Of a stretch of 64,000 bases of DNA, positions 9,848-17,729 are shown piece after piece. Numbering within the stretch: position 1 is the stretch's first letter; each line of letters begins with the position of its first letter. Under the pieces are notes generated by a model. It did not search any database. It saw only the letters and a program-made list of their open reading frames with translations, and was not told the origin of the DNA. The stretch spans positions 30,961 through 94,960 of the forward strand of contig JAFGFG010000001.1 of NCBI GenBank assembly GCA_016931255.1, read 5' to 3'. Origin of the DNA: Candidatus Aenigmatarchaeota archaeon. Lineage in GTDB: Archaea > Aenigmatarchaeota > Aenigmatarchaeia > QMZP01 > JAFGSV01. The translations under genes and the position numbers were made by a program.

Positions 9848-9869
9848 AACTTTTACATAAAATTTCATT

Positions 9870-10235
9870 ATGAGCAAGAATCTTACCATAGGCGAGAACA
9901 GCAGGGGGGACGTCGTCCTTATAATGGACATGCACGACGGCAACAGTATGAGGTCATGGAGGTCGTACATTCCTGGAGACTTTCCCGGAGACATGATAGA
10001 CGACGATGTGTCATATTCAATCGTGCATGATATGCTCGAGAAAGGGTATTATGACATCGAGATGCCTACCGGGCCATTTTCCGTCATCTCCCAGTTCAGG
10101 AAGTGCAGGAGGTCAGCTGAGCTCGGTCATCCGGACCTGCTGGACCCGAAGTTCTACACATACCTCCCCCTCAGCCATGACAGGATGGAGAACGCGCTGA
10201 TGACGGTCTATGACTATTTCTCGGTCCGTGTTTAG
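9870..10235 (+). CDS. hypothetical protein
   Basis: 121-aa ORF with no recognisable motif. Its last 20 nt lie inside the direct repeat at 10216..10258. Confidence 0.5.
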   Translation: MSKNLTIGENSRGDVVLIMDMHDGNSMRSWRSYIPGDFPGDMIDDDVSYSIVHDMLEKGYYDIEMPTGPFSVISQFRKCRRSAELGHPDLLDPKFYTYLPLSHDRMENALMTVYDYFSVRV

Positions 10236-10322
10236 CATGATTATGTTTAAACTCCTCTATTGCATTAAGTATCTTCTCAATTTCTCGGTCCGTGTTTAGC
10301 ATGATTATGTTTAAACCCCTCT
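10216..10322. repeat. 43-bp direct repeat (10216..10258 and 10280..10322, 1 mismatch) around a 21-bp spacer
   Basis: ATTTCTCGGTCCGTGTTTAGCATGATTATGTTTAAAC[T/C]CCTCT occurs twice at an offset of 64 bp. It includes the stop codon of 9870..10235. Confidence 0.95.
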
Positions 10323-10351
10323 TTATTAGAGGATTGTCCAAAAACTAAATT

Positions 10352-10633
10352 ATGGCAGAGATGCTTCTCTATATCTTTCTTGCCGGCTTTCTCGGAGGAA
10401 TAATAAGGGGACTCGTAGGAATAACCAAGTACATAACCGGAACCCCGACGAAGAAAAGAAAGGTCAGAAAGGACTGGATGATACTCTCCCTCCTGAGCTC
10501 GGGCGGCCTCGGCCTCATGGCGGGTGTCTTCATAGCAGAGGACATCAAGTTCGCACTGGTCGCAGGATACGCAGGAACGGACTTTCTGGAGAGCCTGTTC
10601 AAGATAAAGATGAAGAAGGTAAACTGGGACTAG
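10352..10633 (+). CDS. small integral membrane protein
   Basis: 93 aa with about 3 hydrophobic helices. The next gene follows 13 nt downstream. Confidence 0.55.
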   Translation: MAEMLLYIFLAGFLGGIIRGLVGITKYITGTPTKKRKVRKDWMILSLLSSGGLGLMAGVFIAEDIKFALVAGYAGTDFLESLFKIKMKKVNWD

Positions 10634-10646
10634 GAGGCGACAGACC

Positions 10647-11132
10647 ATGTCAAGGCTCCTCTGCGTCCCTCTCATGGCATTCTTAATGATAGCTCTTCCA
10701 ATGCAGGCCATGGGCCAGGAGATAATCGCAGTTGAAGCTGAAGGCAGTTGCCGGGATTTCGATGTAACTGTTACGGCAGCCAACCTCACCGAAGGCTGCT
10801 GGGACGTAAAGCTTGACATTCCCGGCCAGATAAACACCGGAAGCGAAAGTAACGAGGACTGGTCTTCAACATTCTACTACAAGGACAAGGCCATCTGCTA
10901 CCCGGAAACAGACGAGGTCACGCTCCAGCTGAAGCTCGACAGCCGCGACACTACAGTCATGGGCACAGCCAAGCTCCGCTTCGACTCCAGAATAATAGAA
11001 AAGGACTTTTCCATCCAGCAGTCATGCCCGCCTCCGGCAGAACCCCTTTCCGGTGAATGGTCAATCATAGTTTCAATCGTAGTCATCCTCATCTTCGGCT
11101 GGCTCATCACATGGTGGTGGAAGGGCAAGTGA
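10647..11132 (+). CDS. secreted protein with C-terminal TM anchor (paralog of 18..545)
   Basis: 161 aa with signal LLCVPLMAFLMIALPMQA. It shares FDVTVTAANLTEGCWD and the CPPP...ILIFGW...WWWKGK tail with 18..545. Confidence 0.7.
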   Translation: MSRLLCVPLMAFLMIALPMQAMGQEIIAVEAEGSCRDFDVTVTAANLTEGCWDVKLDIPGQINTGSESNEDWSSTFYYKDKAICYPETDEVTLQLKLDSRDTTVMGTAKLRFDSRIIEKDFSIQQSCPPPAEPLSGEWSIIVSIVVILIFGWLITWWWKGK

Positions 11133-11154
11133 GGCTTTTCAGGTCCTAATAATC

Positions 11155-11162
11155 TTTAAAAA
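11155..11162 (+). promoter_or_regulatory. TATA-box-like element upstream of the small ORF 11183..11353
   Basis: TTTAAAAA ends 20 nt before the ATG. That spacing fits an archaeal leaderless or short-leader transcript. Confidence 0.3.
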
Positions 11163-11182
11163 TCTTTATCATAATTAATCTT

Positions 11183-11353
11183 ATGAAAATTACGAGGAAT
11201 TCACTGAATTCTGTTGGTCCGGGAACCGCAGGCATAGTACAGAGGATTGAGTCCAGGTACGGGCTTGATGCTCCGGGCATGGAAACGACTCTCAGTTCCA
11301 CGTTCGTTCTGAGCAGGAACTACGTCATGTCGTGCGGCCATAACCAGTACTAG
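11183..11353 (+). CDS. 56-aa small ORF, candidate RiPP/cofactor precursor peptide
   Basis: MKITRNSLNSVGPGTAGIVQRIESRYGLDAPGMETTLSSTFVLSRNYVMSCGHNQY*. It is below the ORF-track cut-off and fills a 240-bp gap. It ends 20 nt before the radical-SAM/SPASM gene. Confidence 0.35.
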   Translation: MKITRNSLNSVGPGTAGIVQRIESRYGLDAPGMETTLSSTFVLSRNYVMSCGHNQY

Positions 11354-11373
11354 AAGCCAGGGGAACCTTCAGA

Positions 11374-12471
11374 ATGAAAGCGGACAGTAGTAAATACGTC
11401 GCACCTTATTCATGCTATTTGAATCTTACCAGCAAGTGTAATCTCAGATGCAGGCACTGCTTCGGAAGTTATTCGGCGGAACACGAAAATGAGTTGAGTC
11501 TCAGTGAATGGAAATCCGTCATAGACGACCTTATCATGTCAAATGTGTTCTATGTCAACATATCAGGAGGCGAAGCAACTCAGAGTCCATTCTTCAGGGA
11601 ATTCATTGAATATCTCGAAGAGTCAGGAATGCATTACATACTCACGACCAACGGCGTCTTCCCCAGAGGCATCAGGGATTTCATAGCATCCGGGAAGTAT
11701 CTCATTGGCGTCAAGATAAGCCTTGACGGGCCTGATGCGGAAAGCCACTGCTACATAAGGCTTGATTCAGCCGGCAGATACAATGAAAGCGTGTTCAGGA
11801 TAACCATTGACAACATAAAGTTCTTTTCGGAAATGGGGATACCGCTGACCATCTCTACTGTTTTGCACAAAAAGAACATAGAGAAGATGGAAGAGTTCAG
11901 GAAGCTGATAAAGCAGCTCAATCCCGTCTCGTGGTTCATATCACCCATAATACCCACCGGAAGGGGTGATGACAACCGGTTCATCAGGGAGTTTTATGAT
12001 TACTTTGACAATTCCTTCTGGGACAGAATATGCAGCGATGCCAGAGAAAGCCGTATAAACGTAAGGATGATCGACATGCCTGTCGGCATTCAGGGAAAGA
12101 GCCTTTCTGCATATATGTGCCCTGCTGCCATCAACTTCTGCGAAATACATTCAGACGGGACCGTATCGCCCTGCACGCTGAGCAGGGTGTGCATACCAGA
12201 GAAATTCATGAAATTCGAGAACATAAGGGAAAAAAGCATTCAGGAGATATGGGACGGGAAAGTCTTCAGCAGGTTCAGGAGCTACATGGACAAGGGATGC
12301 GATGGATGCAGGATGCTTCCCGAATGCGGTAAGTGCATACCCCAGAGTTTCAGATACTTCGGCAACGGAACCTCACCGACACCGTTCTGCGTCAGTAACG
12401 GGAAAAAACTCGGGCTGAAAAATCTCGGTTCCTACATAAAGAAGCTTGAAGACGAATTCGGAAAGAGATGA
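11374..12471 (+). CDS. radical SAM enzyme with C-terminal SPASM-like Cys-rich domain
   Basis: 365 aa with CNLRCRHC (CxxxCxxC) near the N-terminus and GGEAT. The C-terminus is Cys-rich: CPAAINFCEIHSDGTVSPC ... GCDGCRMLPECGKC. Confidence 0.85.
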   Translation: MKADSSKYVAPYSCYLNLTSKCNLRCRHCFGSYSAEHENELSLSEWKSVIDDLIMSNVFYVNISGGEATQSPFFREFIEYLEESGMHYILTTNGVFPRGIRDFIASGKYLIGVKISLDGPDAESHCYIRLDSAGRYNESVFRITIDNIKFFSEMGIPLTISTVLHKKNIEKMEEFRKLIKQLNPVSWFISPIIPTGRGDDNRFIREFYDYFDNSFWDRICSDARESRINVRMIDMPVGIQGKSLSAYMCPAAINFCEIHSDGTVSPCTLSRVCIPEKFMKFENIREKSIQEIWDGKVFSRFRSYMDKGCDGCRMLPECGKCIPQSFRYFGNGTSPTPFCVSNGKKLGLKNLGSYIKKLEDEFGKR

Positions 12472-12477
12472 TCTCAT

Positions 12478-13239
12478 ATGAAGACATTTAGCATTCATGT
12501 GAAATGGCGAAAGGACAACAACCACATATTCATATGCGACTGCAAAAGGCTTCTGGATCTCAAGATGCCGCTGGAGTATGGAAACTTCATGAAGAAGATT
12601 GACTTCGGAATCGCCGCCGGTGACCTGAAGGGCGAATATAAGAAAGCATTCTCGGACTTTGCGAAAACCGGGCTGCTTGCAGACCTTAGCGTGAGAAGCC
12701 TGACCAGAGAAGACATGCCTGCGGCAATGGACCTCATGAGCAGGGCTCTGTCCGGCAGAATGACCAGAACGCGCAGGTTCCTCTCAGACAGGCACAATAA
12801 TTTTCCTGAACTGTTCAAGGGCATATTCATCGGCAGCGAGCTGGCAGGGGCTGTCTTCGGCTTCCCCAGGAACGGCTATGTACTCATGAGCGAGATAGCT
12901 GTTGACAGAAGGTTCCGCGGACGGGGCTTCGGACGGCATCTTGCCACTGCATTCGAGAAGAATGCTTTCAGTATTCATCCCAGGATAAATGCAGGTTCAT
13001 TTGACGAGTCAGCGGGATTCTATAGCTCGCTTTCCTACAGGCCGTTCCTGCTTGCGCAGTTCCCGGGGGATGCATACACTTCCGCGGATTTCAGGGGGTA
13101 CAGTGTCTTACGCTCTTCGCGGACATTTGCTGAGATTGAGACAGAAAAAGCGGACATACGCTTCATCGGAAAGATGCGAAAGAAGTACCAAAATGCGTCA
13201 TTCCAGTATATTTTCACGAAAGTCCTTGATTCCAGCTGA
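12478..13239 (+). CDS. GNAT N-acetyltransferase with approximately 70-aa PqqD-like N-terminal extension
   Basis: 253 aa with GNAT motif A (VDRRFRGRGFGRHLATAFE). The N-terminus (HVKWRKDNNHIFICDCKRLLDLKMPLEYGNFMKKIDFG) resembles a PqqD/RRE fold pattern. The PqqD resemblance is an inference. Confidence 0.7.
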   Translation: MKTFSIHVKWRKDNNHIFICDCKRLLDLKMPLEYGNFMKKIDFGIAAGDLKGEYKKAFSDFAKTGLLADLSVRSLTREDMPAAMDLMSRALSGRMTRTRRFLSDRHNNFPELFKGIFIGSELAGAVFGFPRNGYVLMSEIAVDRRFRGRGFGRHLATAFEKNAFSIHPRINAGSFDESAGFYSSLSYRPFLLAQFPGDAYTSADFRGYSVLRSSRTFAEIETEKADIRFIGKMRKKYQNASFQYIFTKVLDSS

Positions 13240-13264
13240 CTTCCATCAGCCTCAACCAGCCTGA

Positions 13265-13474
13265 TTATCCAAATCCCCATGGCGGTCCTTGGCTGTCGCT
13301 GCTGTTATTCGTTTTCCTGCAGTCAGGACATATCTTTGCCGTGCTGCTCGTGAAAAACTCTGCTCCGCATTTCTTGCACGTGAATATCATATCAACATCT
13401 TGGTACAGGAAGTTAAAATATCCTGACATCTCACTTACATGGTGAGATATGGGGTCAGGCGTCAAATCTGGCAC
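13265..13474 (-). CDS. small zinc-ribbon protein
   Basis: 69-aa ORF with CKKC...CPDC. The start is uncertain. Confidence 0.4.
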   Translation of the reverse strand: MPDLTPDPISHHVSEMSGYFNFLYQDVDMIFTCKKCGAEFFTSSTAKICPDCRKTNNSSDSQGPPWGFG

Positions 13475-13516
13475 CTACGCCATCCAGTTTAAAAAATTTA
13501 CTATATAAAATAATAG

Positions 13517-15163
13517 ATGGATGAATCGTTGCCACCGCCTCCGCTTCCCGGGACTGGGCCGGCCGGCGATATAATCGAAAAGCTCAGCAGTGTGAATGTC
13601 ACCCAGAGCAAGCCCGGATCGAAACAAGTAAAGTACAGACCATTCTTCTCCAGCGTCATGATAAAGAGAGATGTGTCAGACGACCTCAACGTGGCCAACG
13701 GCGGAATCGTGAAGAAGAAATACGGTGATGTCAGCGTCAATGCGAGGGTCGAGGCGAGGATGGGCAGCTACACCAGGGGATGCGGCATGGGCTCCGACAA
13801 AAGCATATTTCCACTGGACTCGGATGATGCTGCCATGAGCATCCTCAGGGAGCTCTCCGACGAAGCCATCTGGGGCTGCATCGACGACTTCGAGGACAGG
13901 TATAATCAGAGCATAGGCATGAACTACAACCGTGACATATACCGATACTTCTCCAAGGAAGCGCCCGTGAAGTACAGGCAGCCCACTAGAAACCGGCAGA
14001 AAGTGGACCTTAAAGAGATAGAGGACATGCTCACCGAAGTGACCGCGAAGATGAAAGAGAAGAATGTGAACGGGTCCCGCGTATTCAATTCCATAGCGAC
14101 GTTCGGCCTGAGTGACCAGGACAGGTACCTGAAGAACTCCGAGGGAACGGACATATACACGAACTACAGGAGGTTTAACATGTTTCTCTCAGGCAGCATG
14201 AGGGACGAGAGCGCGCTCAAGAAGAACAACTCGCTCGTCTGGAACCAGTACACGATCGCAGGCATAGACATGTCCAAGATACCCAAGGCAGATGACCTGC
14301 TCGAGATCGGGGAAAGGCTCGTAGGGGAGCTTTACGACATAGCCCACGCCCCGCAGATAACAACCAACATCTATCCGGCCATAATGTGTCCCAAGAACCA
14401 CGGCGTTCTCTGGCACGAGATGGCCGGGCACTCGATGGAAGGCCACAGAATCCAGGAGAACGAGGATGGAGAGAACAATGCTAACCTCTTCAAGGGAAGA
14501 ATCGGCGAGAAGATAACCCCTGAGTTCCTTTCGCTCTGCGACGACCCGACGAGAGAGGATCTGGACGGTTTCTATCGCTTCGACGATGAAGGGATTCCTG
14601 CGCAAAGGGTCAACCTCGTTGAGAATGGCAAGCTGAAAGACTTCCTGCACTGCAGGGAGAGTGCCGGATACTTCAGGAGGCGCTCCAACGGCCACGGAAG
14701 GGCAGAAGGCGCCAACGACCCGGTAGCGAGGATGAGCAATCTCATAGTCAAATCGGACAACGAAGTAAGCTACGGGGAGCTCAAGGAGAACCTGGTCCGG
14801 GAGATAGTAAACCAGAAAAAGAGATACGGCATAATACTTGAAGGCACCATGGGCGGCCAGGTGGACACCGAGGAGGCTGTGTTCAACACATTCCCGGTAA
14901 ATCTTTACAAGGTGGACAGGAAAGGCCGCGAAAAGAGGGTCAAGGGCATCTACATAGTCGGGACCCCCAACCAGATACTGGAGAGCATAATCCAGACCAG
15001 CGACGATTACGGCTACTTCAACGGCAGCTGCGGGGCTGAATCCGGCAGAGTGCCGTCGACGGAGACGGCGCCTCATGCCCTCTTAAGGTCTCTCGAGGTC
15101 AACATGATACCGTCAGATTGCTACATAAGGGCCCCCCTGCCGATACTCAACGGCTACCGATAA
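13517..15163 (+). CDS. TldD/PmbA-family metallopeptidase
   Basis: 548 aa with the HEMAGHSMEGH (HExxGHxxE) metal site. It has the C-terminal GSCGAESGRVPSTETAPHALL block typical of TldD/PmbA. Confidence 0.8.
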   Translation: MDESLPPPPLPGTGPAGDIIEKLSSVNVTQSKPGSKQVKYRPFFSSVMIKRDVSDDLNVANGGIVKKKYGDVSVNARVEARMGSYTRGCGMGSDKSIFPLDSDDAAMSILRELSDEAIWGCIDDFEDRYNQSIGMNYNRDIYRYFSKEAPVKYRQPTRNRQKVDLKEIEDMLTEVTAKMKEKNVNGSRVFNSIATFGLSDQDRYLKNSEGTDIYTNYRRFNMFLSGSMRDESALKKNNSLVWNQYTIAGIDMSKIPKADDLLEIGERLVGELYDIAHAPQITTNIYPAIMCPKNHGVLWHEMAGHSMEGHRIQENEDGENNANLFKGRIGEKITPEFLSLCDDPTREDLDGFYRFDDEGIPAQRVNLVENGKLKDFLHCRESAGYFRRRSNGHGRAEGANDPVARMSNLIVKSDNEVSYGELKENLVREIVNQKKRYGIILEGTMGGQVDTEEAVFNTFPVNLYKVDRKGREKRVKGIYIVGTPNQILESIIQTSDDYGYFNGSCGAESGRVPSTETAPHALLRSLEVNMIPSDCYIRAPLPILNGYR

Positions 15164-15339
15164 GTAAAATGATGAAATGTTAAATCGCGAGTTTTCATTC
15201 ACTCTTTCATAATCGGTTGTTTCCCGGACACTCACGTTCTCTTCTTTCACTCGAAAAGATTCTTAAGCCAGCGATAGAATTTGCTTTCCTTCAAATGTAT
15301 TCGTTAATATTTATTAATCTCTATGACAAACCATTCAAA

Positions 15340-15513
15340 ATGGCGGAAAACTTAATTGAAAAACGAAGTGTAAGACTCATGCTGATAGGAATCATAATGG
15401 TCATCGTGGGGCTTACTGATTTATTTTACGGCCCGCTGATAGATGCAAGAGGATTCTCATTCATTGGTCTTGTATTAATCATACTTGGCCTTCTCATAAA
15501 GACCAAAAACTAA
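15340..15513 (+). CDS. small two-TM membrane protein
   Basis: The internal Met (MAENLIEKRSVRLMLIGIIMVIVGL...) of ORF 15217..15513 is taken as the start. It has two hydrophobic helices. Confidence 0.4.
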   Translation: MAENLIEKRSVRLMLIGIIMVIVGLTDLFYGPLIDARGFSFIGLVLIILGLLIKTKN

Positions 15514-15574
15514 CAGCCATACTTTATCCATTCTGGTACGTTACGCTTTTTAGGAAAATCTACAATAAAGCTAC

Positions 15575-16126
15575 ATGAAAGACAAGAATCGTGTCTGTCC
15601 TCTTGAGAGAGCCGGCAAACTTGATGGCAGAATGAGAAATCTTCTTCATAACCCCAAAAAGATGCTCGGAAAATACATTATGGAAGGCATGACAGTAATT
15701 GACTACGGCTGCGGCCCGGGCTTCTTCTCCGTGGCAATCGCTGAGATTGTCGGCGACAGGGGGAAGGTCCTGGCGGTTGACCTTCAGCAGGGCATGCTGG
15801 ACAGACTGAATGACAAGATACGGGGAACGCCTCTCGAAAAGAGGATAGAGCTGCACAGATGCGGCAAAGAGAGCATAGGGGTCCGCATCAGGGCAGACTT
15901 CCTGCTGGCGTTTTACCTTCTTCATGAGCTTCCGGACCAGAAAAAAGCATTGATGGAAATGAAATCCCTGCTCAGGTCTGAAGGACTGCTTTACATAGCT
16001 GAGCCCATTTTCAGGGTTTCAAAAAATGAGTTCAGGGAAACAATAGAACGCGCAGAAGGCGCAGGATTCAGAGTCATCGCAAGGCCATGGCTGTTCATGG
16101 GCAGGGCTGCAGTCCTGAAGAAGTGA
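15575..16126 (+). CDS. class I SAM-dependent methyltransferase
   Basis: 183 aa with motif I, VIDYGCGPGFFSV, followed by an acidic loop (AVDL). Confidence 0.8.
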   Translation: MKDKNRVCPLERAGKLDGRMRNLLHNPKKMLGKYIMEGMTVIDYGCGPGFFSVAIAEIVGDRGKVLAVDLQQGMLDRLNDKIRGTPLEKRIELHRCGKESIGVRIRADFLLAFYLLHELPDQKKALMEMKSLLRSEGLLYIAEPIFRVSKNEFRETIERAEGAGFRVIARPWLFMGRAAVLKK

Positions 16127-16331
16127 TTTCAAATATTATGTAACTTTTTCTGAAAACGTTCCCGCATCATACCGGTTATCAAACACAAAATCCGTACCTC
16201 CCTGAAATGTTGAAAAACACTGAGCGTAAATCCTGACACTTTCCACGTATATGCGGACATTATTTCATTTTCTTCGTGAAGAATGCCAAGGTATAATCAA
16301 TATATGACAGAAAGTATATTACTATTAATAT

Positions 16332-16475
16332 ATGGGAACAATCAAACTTTCTGGATACATTTGCGAACGTTGCGAACATAAATGGATACCTAGAAATATT
16401 GAGAGCCCGAAAGTGTGTCCAAAGTGTAAGAGTCCTTATTGGGACAAACCTAGAAAGAAGGTGAAAGTCAAATGA
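16332..16475 (+). CDS. 47-aa zinc-ribbon protein translationally coupled to the methyltransferase
   Basis: MGTIKLSGYICERCEHKWIPRNIESPKVCPKCKSPYWDKPRKKVKVK*. It has CxxC...CxxC, and its stop TGA overlaps the ATG at 16472 (ATGA). It is below the ORF-track cut-off. Confidence 0.5.
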   Translation: MGTIKLSGYICERCEHKWIPRNIESPKVCPKCKSPYWDKPRKKVKVK

Positions 16476-17641
16476 AACCTCTCATAAAGTGGGCTGGTGG
16501 GAAGTCAAACGAAATAAAAAACATAATTGAAATTATACCTAAATTCGATAGATACATCGAACCTTTTTTCGGAGGAGGTGCATTGTTCTTCTACCTGGAG
16601 CCGAAAAAAGCAATCGTAAACGATGTGTCGAATGAATTAATCATGTTCTATTGCTCATTAAAAAATGAAGAACAGAGAGCATCATTCCGAAGAGAAATTG
16701 AAAAATATGTCAAATTCTGGGACAGAATAAATGATTACATGAGTAAATTCGGAAACTCGTTCATAACACTTTACGAAAAATACCGTTATGATAAAATAAA
16801 CGATGCGAAATTTGAGAGTGAAATCAAAAATCTTTTCAGGGAAAAGATAGTTCCATTCAATGGTCTTTTCTCTGAGAAATTCTGTCTCAACCAGACAAGC
16901 CTACTGGAAAAAATAGAGAAGAACCTTATTACAAAACTGCGGAGGGTAAAACATAAGATTGATGTCAAGAACGGATTTTCCAGGGACATGATAATTAAGA
17001 ACATAGAAACTGCATTCAGGAGCGGTTTCTATATCCATTTCAGAGATATAATGAACAAGTCGAAGCGTGGCTATATTACAATTGATGATGCAAAGAAGAT
17101 CGCTAATTATTACTTTGTCAGGGAATTCTGTTATGGTTCAATGTTCAGATTCAACAGTGATGGAGATTTCAATATACCATACGGAGGAATAGCTTACAAC
17201 ACTAAGGATTTTAGGAGAAAGGTCGGGAATCTTTTATCTGATAAAGTCAGGAGACTGTTTGAAAATACTGTAATAGATAATATGGACTTTGAAAAGTTTC
17301 TGCGAAAACATAAGCCGAAACCAAATGATTTCATCTTCTTCGACCCCCCTTACGACACCGAATTCAGCGGATACGAAGAAAACCCCTTCAATAAGAAAGA
17401 CCAAGAGAGGCTCGCAGAATGTATTTTAGATATACCTTCAAAGTTCATCCTCATCATAAAGGAAACTGATTTCATCCGTAAACTGTATGATAATAAAAAT
17501 TTTCAAGACCGTGGCGTGAAGATCGTATCATTCGGGAAGAAATACGCATATAACGTAAAAGGAAGAAATGAAAGGGATGTCACACATCTGATAATACACA
17601 ATCTAAATCCAAACAATGTTAGCCTAAATAAGTTTTTTTAA
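16472..17641 (+). CDS. Dam-like (D12 class) N6-adenine DNA methyltransferase
   Basis: 389 aa with KWAGGK and FFGGGA (SAM binding). The catalytic DPPY is present (FFDPPYDTEF). Confidence 0.85.
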   Translation: MKPLIKWAGGKSNEIKNIIEIIPKFDRYIEPFFGGGALFFYLEPKKAIVNDVSNELIMFYCSLKNEEQRASFRREIEKYVKFWDRINDYMSKFGNSFITLYEKYRYDKINDAKFESEIKNLFREKIVPFNGLFSEKFCLNQTSLLEKIEKNLITKLRRVKHKIDVKNGFSRDMIIKNIETAFRSGFYIHFRDIMNKSKRGYITIDDAKKIANYYFVREFCYGSMFRFNSDGDFNIPYGGIAYNTKDFRRKVGNLLSDKVRRLFENTVIDNMDFEKFLRKHKPKPNDFIFFDPPYDTEFSGYEENPFNKKDQERLAECILDIPSKFILIIKETDFIRKLYDNKNFQDRGVKIVSFGKKYAYNVKGRNERDVTHLIIHNLNPNNVSLNKFF

Positions 17642-17729
17642 TAGAGTCTTCAAGAAGTCCTGCAATCAGTCTTTTTGTTCTGCATTTTTTCGAGGATGAT
17701 TAAACTTCCTTAAGCGAATTAAAAGTTCG

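Noticed and set aside
14189-15076. A 295-aa minus-strand ORF, together with similar long antisense ORFs. These are 27752..28375, 37215..37715, 39535..40095, 48440..49111, 42755..43363, 17877..18461, 21270..21884, 10277..10837, 2420..3115 and 35113..35526.
   Set aside because: Each lies fully antisense to a gene with strong family motifs (TldD, recombinase, psmA/SBDS, rrp41/42, rad50, the nuclease, HNH and others). Their composition is low-complexity or Ser/Leu/Arg-rich, which is typical of shadow ORFs.
15169-15175. ATGATGA (and CTGATGA at 57936..57942) as C-box motifs of C/D box sRNAs.
   Set aside because: No matching D box (CTGA) or terminal stem occurs at the expected 50-70 nt distance. 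The second instance is simply a stop codon context.
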